64,000 nt of DNA, from NCBI GenBank assembly GCA_000320545.1, contig ADNK01002618.1, forward strand, positions 82,093 through 146,092, read 5' to 3'. The notes below the pieces were generated by a model. The model was given only the letters and a program-made list of their open reading frames with translations, ran no database searches and had not been told where the DNA came from. How positions within the stretch are numbered: position 1 is the first letter of the stretch; the number at the start of each line of letters is the position of its first letter. The position numbers and the translations under genes are program-made. This DNA comes from Bigelowiella natans CCMP2755. Taxonomy: Eukaryota > Protista > Cercozoa. Of the stretch, positions 14,408 through 27,534 are shown piece by piece.

Positions 14408-17400
14408 TTCATTTCGCAACATGCCCGTCATATTTCACTTTTCTCCAGTTTGATATTCTCCCCTATTACCATAACCCTCCTTACCCGGTAAGAGTCGTGC
14501 GTTTGACTGCAAATGTCAGGGCCAATATGCCGCGGGAACGACCATCGTTATCATAGTAATGTTCAATGCTATCCTTGGTGCTATTCAGGTGGCAAACAAT
14601 ATGGTCCGACGATTTAAGTGAATCATACTCTTGCATAACTCACAGGAGCACGGGGCTGGTGCTGCGCTTGACGCTCTTAAGGCGCTCCAAGTCACCAACG
14701 CCAAGGTCATCCGCGATGGAGTCGAGCAGACTATCGAAGGGACGGACGTCGTTCCTGGGGATCTCACCCTGCTACAAACAGGAGATAGTGCTGTTGGTGA
14801 TATTCGGCTCATCGAGGTGCAAGATCTGGAGGCAAACGAGGCGTCTCTTACCGGTGAATCAGAGCCTGTGAGGAAGATAGTTTATCAGAACTACGCCGAC
14901 CTCAAAGACACTGAGATCACGCACAGCAGCAGCGCTGATGCCAATAGCAAGAGTGGCAATGACGAGGAGAAACTTACTCTCACGAACGTAGTCTACATGG
15001 GCACAGAGATAACGAATGGCAGGGGAAGAGGCATCGTCATCCACACAGGGATGGGAACTAAGATCGGCCATTTAGCTGAGAAACTAAAATCGGTCGACTC
15101 CGGCCAGTCCCCGCTCAAAGCGAAGCTGGCTCTTCTAGGAATGAGCTTGGGCATGGCCTCCGTGTTTATCAGCGCGGTGATATTCGTCATCGGAGTCTCC
15201 ACAGGGCGTGGTGCAGATAAAACATCTAGCGACCCTATTTGGCTACAAATGCTCCTGGTTGCCGTGTCGTTGACAGTGGCCGCTGTGCCTGAGGGCCTTC
15301 CTGTGTGCGTGACAATGAGCTTGGCCATTGGTATGCGTCACATGACGGAGAAGAAGGCGTTGGTGCGGAAGCTTGCCAGTGTAGAGACGCTAGGATCCAC
15401 CTCGATAATCTGCACGGACAAAACAGGCACTCTTACATGGTATTAGTAGTGGAACGGTGGCTGTTGATTAGACTGAATTCCTCACAATATACACACAAGC
15501 ATCACTGCTCCTATGTTCTCGATAATTCCAATTTATATGCTTTCCATCATCATCCTCTTCGTCCGCATTTTCTTATCTTCCTCACCATGGTATTCATCAC
15601 GTTATTCAACAGCGGAAAGATGACCACAGTGCAGCTCTGGCATTTCGGCCAAGCCTATAGGGTAACAGGTCAAGGCTACTCACCCGACGGCATTATCTAT
15701 CCGATTGGAGAAGACAGTTGGGATGGGGAAGAGGAGAAAAATGCCATCGCTTTTGAGCAGGTGAAACAAGAGAGAAAGCTGCACCCTATCCTCACCGCAT
15801 TTGTCCTCTGCAGCGATGCGACTGTGGAGCTTGAGGAGGTGGATACTGAGACTGACAGGGGAGAGGAGGACACGCGCCGAGAGTGGGTGGGAGCGGGTAA
15901 TATGACTGAGAGGGCACTGGTAGTTGCAGCACGGAAGCTAGGCATCGAGCGCAAGGCTCTCTTAACCAGTTACAAAGAAAGCTTACAGAACCCATTCAGC
16001 TCAAAGAGGAAAATGATGTCTGTCGTCGTAGAGAGGTTAGATGAGGCCAAAGAGCCAATCAGCAATCCTGACTCAACATCAGCAGTTCCAGGGGTGACAG
16101 GAGGAGCATTCTCGATGATCAGCGCCGATAGCAAATTTATTGCCATCACTAAAGGAGCACCCAATCGGGTAATTGAGCGATGCTCCCACGCGCTTGTCGA
16201 TGGTGATGTTGTTGTGATGACTGATGAGGCAAAAAAACAGGCGATTGGGCAAGTAAATCGCCTCTCCTCCCAAGCCCTTCGCGTCTTAGCGGTAGGAATC
16301 CGTGGATATGAACAGCTGCTTGAGGACATGAGCTTTGAGGTGGTGGAGAGAGACCTAATCTTCCTTGGTCTGAATGCGTCCATGGATCCAGAAAGACCAG
16401 AGGTTATTCCAGCCATTGCCCGAGCCTCACATGCCGGTGTTGACACGGTGATGATCACGGGCGACTACCTTGCGACAGCAAAGGCTATTGCTGAGAACAT
16501 CGGGCTGCTGGTCAAAGGCGCTGATAACTCCAAGAGAGTTATAGACTGCAAGGAACTAAGGAGTCTAGGTGCTAACATCACGAAGGTCTCCGAAATGGTG
16601 GAAGGAAAGTTAAAGAATACAAGAGAAGAGAGAGTAACAACCATCTCCACTTTCGAAAAAAAGAGGCTGCAGGACCAGCTACAGAAACTATACGCTCACG
16701 TTGATGAAATCACCGCAAGGACGAAAGTGTATGCCCGTGCAGAGCCGTTCGATAAGATCACCATTGTTGAAAGCTACAAGCGGCAAGGACATGTTGTGTG
16801 CATGACCGGCGACGGTGTGAACGACGCAGCAGCTTTGCAGGGAGCGAACATAGGAGTAGCTATGGGCTCCGGGACTGAAGTTGCCAAGGGGGCAGCTGAT
16901 ATGGTTCTGCTTGACGATTCCTTTGCCACCATCGTTGCTGCAATCGAGGAGGGCCGCAAGATTTACTCAAATATCACTAAGTTTGTCTTCTTCCTCCTCT
17001 CCACGAACGTTGCGGAGGTCCTCGTCATCTTGATAGCAATGTTGGCGGGCATGCAGTCGCCACTTTCACCAATTCAGATTCTGTGGTTAAATCTCTGCAC
17101 AGACGGCGCCCCGGCCGTTGCATTGGCGCTGGAGCACGCTGAGCCAGGGATCATGGATGAGGGGCCACGCCCACTATCAGAGCCCGTGCTTGACAAAGTG
17201 CAGCTTACTGGTATTGCGATCCAAACCATAGTTCAAACCTCTCTCTGTCTGTACATCTACGTGCAAGGCTTATTATGGCACACGGGAGTGTGGAACGGAC
17301 AAAATCCCGACAACACTGACAAGGAGAACACCGACGGAATTCGTAAAGCGCAGACGATGGTAATTTATCTTATTGTTTTCCTCGAGCTGCTTCGAGCTTA

Positions 17401-17707
17401 TACCTCCAGGGCTCTGCGCACCTCGTTGTTCAGCATGGGTGTGTTCTCCAACAAGAATGTGCAGTACGCGGTGTTGTTCTCGATCATCTTCACACTCCTC
17501 GTTGGCAATGTCCCCGGGCTTAAGGAAGCGTTTGACATGCGGTCTCTGGAGGTGAGGGAATGGGGACTTGTACTTGGCCTCACACCCATCTGTGCCATCG
17601 TTGACGAGCTCACGAAGTGTGTTTATCGCACATCTGGGTTTGGACAGAGACCAAAGGCAGTTAACATGAATGTCGGATATGTACCTATGCTGAGAGAAAC
17701 CGCCTAA
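13126..17707 (+). CDS. Type II P-type ATPase, ATP4/ENA-like (probable Na+ pump; Ca2+ not excluded)
   Basis: TGES, PEGLP, DKTGTLT|CGKMT (across the intron ~15440-15612), KGAP, DPERPE, TGD, GDGVND, LSTNVAE, NLCTDGAPAVALALE and ELLRAYT are all present. Confidence 0.93.
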
Positions 17708-17879
17708 AGGGTAAAAGGGGGGAGCACGTAGCAGAAAAAGAAAATAATCTCATGTCAGTCTCCCTGAGTGTCGCAACAGATGATGGCAAGAAGGAAGCGT
17801 CTCTGGGCCAGATGAGATGGACAAGAAGGAGTTGGTACAATGAGGGCACCATGCATGCTGCAGTCATCACACCACGCGT

Positions 17880-18850
17880 TGATCGATGTCAAATCATGCA
17901 GCAAGTACACAACAGTGAAGTGCCACATGATGTTGTGTGAGCATGCTTTTGCGCACTCATACACACATTGTTTTGCACATCGTGATGCAATTCAGCATAA
18001 TAGACACAGCATTAGGATATGTACATACATGTACAAATGTTTGCATGTCTATCATGTGTACATGTACATGTGTACATCATATATGCATATATGATGCATG
18101 TCATATTGCATGTCTATCATCAGCAACGCAATGCCCACGGCGAGCTGAACGGCTGAGCGCAAAAACGAATTGTGCTGCTGGCCGGAACAAGTGAGCACCT
18201 GAACGAACACATTAATTCGTTCTAACGGAACAACGCACAGAAGGTCGAGTCCACCTTCAAGTGTTTGTTTTGTTGAACTCTCGTGCTGCCAACAACTGAA
18301 CAAGTCCGCGACGCACGACCAAGTCACTGACGGGTGGGCCACACGCACACGCTGAACGAGTAAACGAGTGAACAAGTGAACGGAGCAATTCCAATTCTCA
18401 TTGGACGTGCCAACCTCCACACCTTCCTCAGTCAAGAAGGCCACCATGAAAAATTGAGGGCAGTTTCCTCGGTTCGCCAAACCGTTCTGCGCTCTGAGTG
18501 AACGAACGAAACATAACATGCATGACACATGTGATGCACATTGTGTCTGTGGTGAACTCACAACTACTAGGTGCACATCAGATCACATGCATGCACATGC
18601 AGAGAGGACATGCATCCATATTGTGTGCATGTCTGTCATCAATGTCCATGGATGATGCAGTAGCAACGTGCCACAACACAAGAGAGCACGACTAGTCGAA
18701 CTGTGTGAATGAATTCTGCATAATGCGTGTGGACTAGCGCATGTACAGCATGGCCTGTGCAATGTGCATTCATGTGCATGGACCACATGTGAAGACATGG
18801 TGCTGCTGTGAAATATTTTGCTGGCACTAAAACTTGAACATGCCTTTTCA
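17880..18850. other. TpA-depleted intergenic tract with a graded edge
   Basis: Partly converted (TA)n-like alternating purine/pyrimidine sequence at 18020-18120 is followed by nearly TA-free sequence with CTAG survivors. Confidence 0.7.
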
Positions 18851-18878
18851 ACGCTCTTTCTTCGCCCTTCTAGAACAT

Positions 18879-20387
18879 TTATATTGATCCAGAACGAATA
18901 GTTCCTGTATCAGGATCATAATACAAGCAACGCTTCTCAATCTTTTCATGGTCGCAAAACTTTATCTCCATTCTCAGTATGCCTTTCACTGCATCATCAT
19001 AGCATCTGAATTCTGCCCATAATGAGCCATCCTTTCGTATTTGCGCTTTTGCAACGTTATTTGACGAACGCACTCTGATCCTATACGAAGAACAGGAGGC
19101 TTCGTTCTTGGTTCCTCCGCAAATGTTCATTTTCCATTGAGACGATTGCCATGAGGAAGTAGATGTTTGGAGGGCACGGGACCTGTTTAACGGTTTGCTT
19201 GGAACTCTCAGGACTAAACGGCTTCTTCGACTTCGGAGCTGTCCATTTTCACTGAAGCTCCATTGATTACCAGGGTCATTATCCTGCAACCACTGTGCCA
19301 CCTCACTACCTTCTTTTTGCTCAGATTGTCTAACGTGGAGGAATCGGTTTGATCGTACACTACAGAACCAATATGGACGTTCCGATGTCTCTCTGCATTC
19401 ACGTCTAAGCATTATCCAACGACTGCCTTCGTTGTCTGCGTCATCCCAAAGCGCTACAGGGTCGCGACAACGTTGGAGTGATTTCTGCACATGGAGGCAA
19501 AACTTTGACTTTGTTTCTTGCAGAGTGACAATTCGCCCCATCTGCAAGTCCCCATCATCTCGGCAGATCCGAAACCCGAAGACACCGAGATCATAGCTCC
19601 CCTGTCTTTTATCGACCTTATTGGTCTTTTCAATATCTATTCCACCGTCCTCCCTGAGATAGATATGCGGTATGAGTTTCCTAAGATAGGTATGCGGCTG
19701 TCCCAGTCGCCGCAAAGCTAGGTGCCAATGAGCCCCCATGCCGCCGTGGTCATCATGGAGCGGATTGTTTGTTTCAAAGCCCATGAGCTTTACTTTGTGC
19801 TGAAAATCTTCATTCAAGATTAGACCCCATTTATTATTTTTTAGGACTTCGCGTACAGCTAACTGCCATGCTACTGCAGCTTGGGCCTGATTGGCTAATA
19901 CCTTTGGGCATGCCTCGACCATTTTTCCGTATCCGCCAATCGTTCGCCAATATGGAGTTGCGGGCACACGGCCGGAGTCATTATGCTCAATCCGCATCGT
20001 TAGCATGGCATCCTTATCGTCAATATTCGTATGCACTTCAATCCCTGACCACGGACCCTTGTGACCATAGTCAGGAGGCGAGCCACGGTTTTGTTCGAGC
20101 AAAGGCACACATGCTTCACCCCAACTGGCTAGAGCATCCGAGCTTCCATGCTTAGATAATGGTACGATCTGAACCATTTTGTTTTTTTTCCTTTGCAATC
20201 CAACAATCACACGGAGGAGAAGGGGGTCGGCGTTGCCCCATTTCAGTCGAATGTTGTTGGTTGGCGAACCATGGGATGCTGTGCTAGGACCAACCAGTGT
20301 GAAAACAATCTCTCTCCGAGAACGCATTACATAAGATTTCTCTCCCTCTGTGCTCTTCAAAACAGAGTCGTCGAGGACGTCCGTCAA
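18879..20387 (-). CDS. His-motif domain protein with an embedded ricin-B (beta-trefoil) lectin domain; long uninterrupted exon, start uncertain
   Basis: 502-codon ORF. The QxW-type trefoil reads CLHVQ..VALWDD..SRW / FLHVRQ..VAQW..NQWSFSENGQLRS / LVLRV..SQWKM. Upstream lies FETNNPLHDDHGGMGAHWHL..IPHIYL. The ORF starts at TTG just after a possible acceptor (ttgtag). Confidence 0.7.
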   Translation of the reverse strand: MTDVLDDSVLKSTEGEKSYVMRSRREIVFTLVGPSTASHGSPTNNIRLKWGNADPLLLRVIVGLQRKKNKMVQIVPLSKHGSSDALASWGEACVPLLEQNRGSPPDYGHKGPWSGIEVHTNIDDKDAMLTMRIEHNDSGRVPATPYWRTIGGYGKMVEACPKVLANQAQAAVAWQLAVREVLKNNKWGLILNEDFQHKVKLMGFETNNPLHDDHGGMGAHWHLALRRLGQPHTYLRKLIPHIYLREDGGIDIEKTNKVDKRQGSYDLGVFGFRICRDDGDLQMGRIVTLQETKSKFCLHVQKSLQRCRDPVALWDDADNEGSRWIMLRRECRETSERPYWFCSVRSNRFLHVRQSEQKEGSEVAQWLQDNDPGNQWSFSENGQLRSRRSRLVLRVPSKPLNRSRALQTSTSSWQSSQWKMNICGGTKNEASCSSYRIRVRSSNNVAKAQIRKDGSLWAEFRCYDDAVKGILRMEIKFCDHEKIEKRCLYYDPDTGTIRSGSI

Positions 20388-21509
20388 ATCTACAACACAA
20401 CAACAATGAGCTTTTGGGCCAGGTTTTAATCACAACGACGAATCACCTCCCTTCCGAAGAAAAATTCTCCAAGGGCGAAGAGCCTGAACGACTACACCAC
20501 TGCATTCCTTGGCCTCGAGGGGAAGGATGATGCGTGCGATGGCCCACGACGTAGAGCTTCGACTGCGCTGGTCCATTTCCCGTTTCTGCTCAAGAGGAGC
20601 CTTAACTCAACTCGCGTGTTGGGGTGATGAATTATTCTGCTGTGACATCTTGCAGAAGACCAGTAAAGACATCTTGATGAAAACGTGCAAATTCGACACA
20701 AGCGATGAAAATGCACTGGGATATTTTGACAGAGTCATGCAGATTTCTGCCAATCTTGCAAGAAATCGCATTTCCAAATGCCGAACACGTCGCAGGTTTG
20801 AGATCTCCTACGAGCTTGAAATTGTGCAACATTGCTCTCCTCTTTCTCATCCCGAAGCGACTGGTGATTGAGGTGGTGGCTGAGAATTTCTTGGAGAATT
20901 CTCATCCAAAGTTCCAAAAAAAGAAGTCCTCGAAAAAGGCGAAATTGAGGTAACGACCGGATAGCACGGGGCATTTCTGGCGAATCGTACCTGTACAAAG
21001 CGGTGCTCGCAAAAATCTTGCATCCTTCCTAATCGGCATCAAGTTAACTGTATGTACCAGGGCTAATTCACTAATTTACGAATTCATGCATGTCGCAGAA
21101 TGGCATTGCCCCTCAGTCAAGAGGACCAGAACAGAACGTGTCAAGCGAGCCGAGGAATGCAAAGGTTGATGGGGGTGGTTCAAAGAAACAGCCCCTGTGA
21201 TTTTCCCGCATGTTTTCCAACATCAAGGAGATCATGCAGAACAGTCAACGTCAATAACACGTGAGCTCCTTCATGCGTATCGCGAATTCGAAGTTCGCCT
21301 GAGAAGTTGAATTGACCAATCAGAAATGTGGCTGTACTGATTCTGTGAAAGTATTTGTTTTGATTGAGTTCTCCAGTATGTCACGGCATCCACCTATTTT
21401 TTAGAGTTTCCCATTCACCCTTGCACAGTTTTTGTACACGATTAGAATAACAATTAAATGCAAATGTCACGACAATTCTGCATTATCTCAGGATACTGGA
21501 GACAACAGT

Positions 21510-22575
21510 ATGACTAAAGTGAACCCTAAAGTGACCCAAAGCGACGAAACAAACACGTTTCATCAAAATCTCCATCAACATCTATGCAATTTAGATGTAG
21601 CTGTAGACCCTAGCACCTCTTCGCATATACAGGCAGTGATCAGCTACGAAAACACCTCTCAACGCCTTTTGGAATGCGAAATTGCAACAATAGATGCCTT
21701 ATACTCAACGATCCTTCGACGATTCCCAAAGCTCAAAGGCAAAGACTTTATGGTTAAATACAAGGTCAAAAATGAAGTAAAGTTGATATGGACGCTGACT
21801 AACTTTGAATATTGGAATAATAAACGAGTAGGATGACGAAGAAGATTGGATAACTATCGTGACGAAATGTGACCTACAGCAAGCTCTCGAGCTCATGGAG
21901 AGCGATGAAAAGTCGGAAAAGCAATCTCCCTCGCCATCATCCCGCCCTTTGTCCAAGCTTCATCTAATAATCACCCTCGCAAAGATACCCTCCCCTCCAG
22001 AACTTTCTCTTACCGACTCTGACTCTGACTCCAGTTTCTCAATTCCTTCTATTCCGCGCTGTGCAGAAAAAGGAAATGAGAGCTCAGTAACTGAGGTCCT
22101 TTGCAATGCCGTTAACGAAATACCAAAACCCATCTACAAACAGTGCAAAATAGCGCGATTATTTCGTTACCTGGTGAAGGCACTTGTGTGCTCAAGCGAA
22201 CGGACAGGGAAAATAGACACTGCTTCTGCATCAGTTTCTCGATCTTTGAAGGAATCGGGTCGCCTGAATTGTAATAAGAAGAATGGGGAGAAGACTCTGA
22301 GGGGTCCTAAACCTTCTCAGCGCCAGGATGCAAAACCTTCTCCTAAAACGGATGATACCAAGGCAACTGCATTTTCCCAGGAAAGAGAACTTAAAGCCAG
22401 TGTAAACCAGAAAAGAATACCCAGCGCGCAAGAAATCTCTCAATGTCAAGCTATGGAGTGGCTACGAAGTATGGGCTTTCGTGACGAAGCACTAATACGG
22501 CGGGCACTTATTGCGGAAAATGGCAATGCACAGCGCGCTGTGGACCGCCTTCTAGACACCAAAAAAACTGTTTGA
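21510..22575 (+). CDS. PB1 + UBA protein (p62/NBR1-like)
   Basis: PB1 with acidic OPCA motif VKYK|DDEEDWITIVTKCDLQQAL (intron ~21764-21831). C-terminal UBA reads LRSMGFRDEALIRRALIAENGNAQRAVDRLL. Confidence 0.85.
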
Positions 22576-22589
22576 TTCATCTTCATGTA

Positions 22590-23250
22590 CATTTCGCATC
22601 CGAACTCATCATGCAATGACATGTATGGATGCCTGTGCCTTTGCTTTCGCGCATGTACATGCATGAAAAAGACAAGCAACTAGAAAAACCGATGCTGCTG
22701 GACAACCTGCTGCACCATCTCTAGATCTAGCCATGTCTAGATGTGTCTAAATGCTGTGCTCAGAGCTGCATGTGTTAGTAGCATCATGCCTCAATCTGGG
22801 CACATTTGCATGACTAGATGACACCTCACAGACTGTTCCAACAAAGCTAGCTAGCTAGAAAGAACCACCGACATTCGTCTACCTCCGCATGCACTAGTCT
22901 AGCAGTGCAGCATCTAGAGCATGTCTGTTGCATGTTGCAGTCACAGCAACCTTCTATCTGGATGTGCCAGCATGGGGACGCCTAGACGTGCATTGGCACT
23001 TTGTCATTGCACACACACGAACGTTCATTGAGTTTGCGCAATTGCTGCAGTCCATCATTTCTTTTGCTGTTCCACCCTCGAGTGTGTCGGATCTGAGATC
23101 TACCTCCTTTGAAATTCCTTGATAACTCGTTCGAATCTCTTCATTGACGTTTGGCCTGGCTAGCTGGATGAATGAATCAGCAAAGTAGTTCCACAGGAGC
23201 GGTGTGAATGGACCATCATTGACGAACAAATCATCCGCGAACCACCATGA
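22590..23250. other. TpA-depleted, CTAG-rich tract
   Basis: Dense catg/tgca. Surviving TA is mostly in ctag (tctagatctag, gctagctagctag). Confidence 0.7.
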
Positions 23251-23449
23251 TATTTAGATTCCGTAGATGCAAGGCATTTGCATGTTGCGACTTGAATTTA
23301 TGAGCATCCTAGGCAATTTTGCGCACATTAATGCAAACCTCTAATAATAGGTGCTCAATTTTAGCATAGAAATCCTTGCTTTAGGTTTGTTCCGACAAGG
23401 AAAATACTTTGTCGCAGCCTCTCATTTCTCAACCTCTGTAGCACAAACC

Positions 23450-26400
23450 ATGGCGGACGATAGGTGCGTTCATTTTGTTTTCGCCTCGACACATTCGTGT
23501 TCCTTGTCATTGGTATTGCTTTGAAGAAGAGTAAATGTGATTTGAAATCAAATGCGCTTCATTGTGTTTACCAATCGAAATGCGCAGGCCCCGTCGGAAA
23601 AGCCTTTCAGAGAGTATTTCAGGATTCTTCTCGAGAACCCGTCGCAAATCTAATTCTGACTTGCGATCAAAAAATGAGACAGATTTACAACGAGGGGAAG
23701 AGGCCCAAACACCGAGACCGTTAATGTGCTGAACATATTTTGTGCCCTTTTTTGCTACATTTACTAAGAACTGTCATTTATGTTCATCATAGTCGACAAG
23801 GGAGGGAAAGGGCCATGACAGTTGATAACGTTCCAGGTGCGTAGTAGACACGCTTCTGCATCAAGGAACTAATGCATGACACGTTTCTAATCAGATGGAG
23901 CTGGTGAATCAAAGGAAGGGTTTGGGGCTAATTTCAATATGCCCAACAAGACTGTGCAAGTAAGACCGATACTCTCCCCACTAAAACGAAGAGAAGGGGT
24001 AATGTTGATCGAGATCAAATTCATTCGTGCATAGCTTGTAAGCTTTAATTATAATAAAGCGAAGGGAGCTCGTAGAGACCGGAGAAAGCAGTGAAAAGCT
24101 TTCAAAATCGAAGTTCCTTATGAGCAGTGTGGATAACGATCCCTTTTGCCAGTTTGTCAATTCTTTATTAGGAATAACACTCGAACAAATTCTTACATCG
24201 AATTGAAATAATTGTAGTTCATTCACGGAAAGTATCAGTGTCTCGACCGGGTTAAAAATTGTTTTAAGCGGAATTGAGGTGTGCAACTTTTGTCGTTCCT
24301 AAAAACCACATTGATAACTCTTTGATTTTCCTTAGAGTGACATCAAGGATACAAATACAAGGTAACAACTTTTTCAATTTATTGAACTTTCAATTTAACA
24401 GTTCGACGTAGGAATGACCAGGCACGAATAGAAGATTTCTTTTTGCGGGTTGAGAACAGTGGGGCTGCAAACCTTAAACAGGATGTGTTGAAGGTTGTAC
24501 CATAAACAACATGCCAACTGGCAATGTCAACGTTTTTATTCGTTACAATTCAAGATCATGGAGATTGGCAAAGGTGTTAGCAGCGTGGTACATCTAGGAC
24601 TCTATGTTCCGACATTGAGGCTGGTCAACGAGCATTTTCGCCAAACACGATAGTATCTAATCGACATATTATGGTGACAGGTAGCAGTAAAGGAAATGCA
24701 GATCCCCCAGGAAGAAGACCAGAAACGCCTGATGGAAGAGATGCAGGTTCTTTTATCCCAGAAGCTTAAAAAATAGTGATCATGTTCAGGATAGTATATT
24801 CTAGGCCATCCATCGGAATCTTGTTCCAATTGCTAAAGATAAACAATCACAATGGAATTTCAATCACTATAAGGCATAAATTTATTACTTCTGAATAAAA
24901 CGACCAAACATGAGGTACCTTTTGGTAGGCAATTGGAGAAGTGCATCCCTGTCCGTTCTTGGTATCTTATTCGTCAGCACTGAACAGATCTATATGATGC
25001 TCATTGCTGTTGTGGTATTCAATGGTGCATTGCAGAATATTAACAATCAGATATAAATATAGGTTGGTTATTATGGAGCGTGGCCATCAGATGATCTTAT
25101 AAAGGTTGTTTGCCTTCGACTTCCGTGAATCAAATTCACTAATACTAACATGCCCGCGAAAGGTGAATCTTGTTCTCGAGTATATGGACTCTGGCACTTT
25201 GGAGCGGGTCATTAAATCTGGAGGTGTACAATCAGAGGTATAGTATCCAACGAGTTAAAAGTTATTATTCGTCATTTTGTTTTTCAATTTGTTTTTAGAT
25301 TATTCTACAACGAGTAGCTTACTGCGTCTTGAAGGGGCTCCAACACCTACGCAATCACAACACGGTGCCTTTACTTAATGATAATTTATCCTCTTCCTAC
25401 AATTCAACTTCAAATATTAGGTTCACCGAGACATTAAGCCTGACAATCTTTTGATCGATCACCGTGGTAATATAAAAATAGCTGACTTAGGAGTCGCGAA
25501 GAAGGTACCCGAATCGATTAAAGCTTTTAAATTCACGACCTCTGTTAGTAATTCGTGTGAATTTCCGCCAGGTATCAAAAGACAACAACGTAAAGCTGAC
25601 TGATAGGGCTGGTATGGGGCAGATAAATCTCCAATTTTGATCGGATCAAAATGTTCGTGCCACGTTAATGTCAAATTTGTCAGGAACCGTGTCCTACTAT
25701 TCACCAGAACGAATAGAAGGAGAGCCTTATGCCTTTGCTGCAGTAGGCCATTTTTAAATTGAAATTGAGCATCTTAACACTTGTAAACAAATTTAGGACG
25801 TTTGGGGATTAGGTGCTACTATACTTGCATTGATAATTGGAAGGGCTCCATTTATTCCACTGAAAAATAATAACTTCTTTGGTAAGTTTCTGCAATCTAT
25901 TTTTTATTTTGTTTATACTACGTATGTATTGCATGGTAGCTGTTAAAGATTTGATTACAAGTGCGGATGTGCAAGCAATAATAAAAGAGACAAAGGTCAG
26001 CATATTATGTGCCGTCGAAATACGAAACTAGCCTAATGTAATATTCGACGAAAGGGTCAAGTAATTGATCTTGAAGGGAAGGAAAAACAATTATTCTCTG
26101 AAGACTTTGTTGATCTTTTGGAAAGGATGATGGCAAAGGTGAAACTTTCATTGGATATCACAATGCTATTTATTTATTTTCTGTTCTTATCATATATAGA
26201 ATCCCAAAAAGCGATGGTCGGCAGAAAAGTTGCTTCACCATAGTTTTTTTTTAACAAACAAAGAGAGCAAGGGGTTAGTGCCATTTTTTCTAGTCATTTA
26301 ACTTTACTAATGCCTACCCTCATATTATCAGACTTGTTGCTCCAATAAAAATGAGACGAATTAATTCTTTAGAGCCAATAACTGAGTATTTAATTTTAGA

Positions 26401-27534
26401 CATTTGTTGTGTACAGCACTAATTCCGTGACATACAGAGAGCCCAAGAAGAGCTTAGACTTAAAAGATTTATTTAGAAGGGAATGGCTCAGAACGGTGTA
26501 CATATCTTTTCCCACTTATTTACAATCGTTTCCATCATCTTTGTAAAATACGTTGAACTGATATAGATGCGTACCAGTGCTCCGGATGGACGTAAACTCT
26601 TCGACGTACTCATTCTGCGAAACATAAGCACATGGAAGACCAGTCGGGACTAATGCGTAGTAATTGAATTTTTAGGCCATCAAAAGGGCGATCGTCGCTA
26701 ACAAACCCGTTTCGGTATTTCTAATTTATTTAAATGAATCACTTCGTCATTGATTTGGTAATTAAGTTGTGTTTTGCACCTCCAAACGATCGTAGCAATG
26801 GTTCATTTCGACACTGAAGAAAATGAGACCACGGTATGTACGAAGACGATTCGAAGCTTGTGAGTCTCAGTAGTTAAATGATCACCCAATAATAGATCAG
26901 CACAAAATCTTCTTGTGGACGAGCAATTGCATAAGTCCGAGGAAAGAATAGAGCGATCTCAGACATCACCCGCCAGAATCCAAGAAGGTGTGTCAAACTA
27001 TGTTACATTTTGTATTTCCATATTTCCTCAAAAGATATTTTACAGAATCCCCAAGTAAAAGTACGTCCAGTATATGGAAAGAAGTATATTTACACCACAA
27101 GAATGAATGAGGGACGACGTATGTACATCATACTCTTTTTTTTTTGCAGCCGTCGAACAATTACACCATGCCTGAAAAGGGTGCCTGGGGAAGCACAACT
27201 AACCTAGACCGTTACATGATAAAGAGTAAGCAAGAAACTACAAAGGTTTTACAAAAGAAATTGGGAAAAGTAGTGCCTAATATCTTGAGGTCGTAGGCGA
27301 TTGGAGACGGAGACACGGTTGTCACCTCGCTTTGGGAGGCTATTTCCAATCTTGCGGGAGCAGTAGTATGTGTATATTAAGTCCACACAAAATCATTACA
27401 ACTTCCAAATTTAAACCGATAGCTGATTTGAAGTCTTATCCTCTTTGATATTTTAGAATTTACACAGAAAGGTTGTGCTGGCAGAATTTCAAGACCTAGA
27501 TCGAAAAATATCAAGAATGCCTGGAAAGCGTTGA
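23450..27534 (+). CDS. MAP kinase kinase (STE7/MAP2K family), many short introns
   Basis: Spliced [23 protein letters not shown]|[67 protein letters not shown]|[21 protein letters not shown]|[16 protein letters not shown]. Both termini are approximate. Confidence 0.85.
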
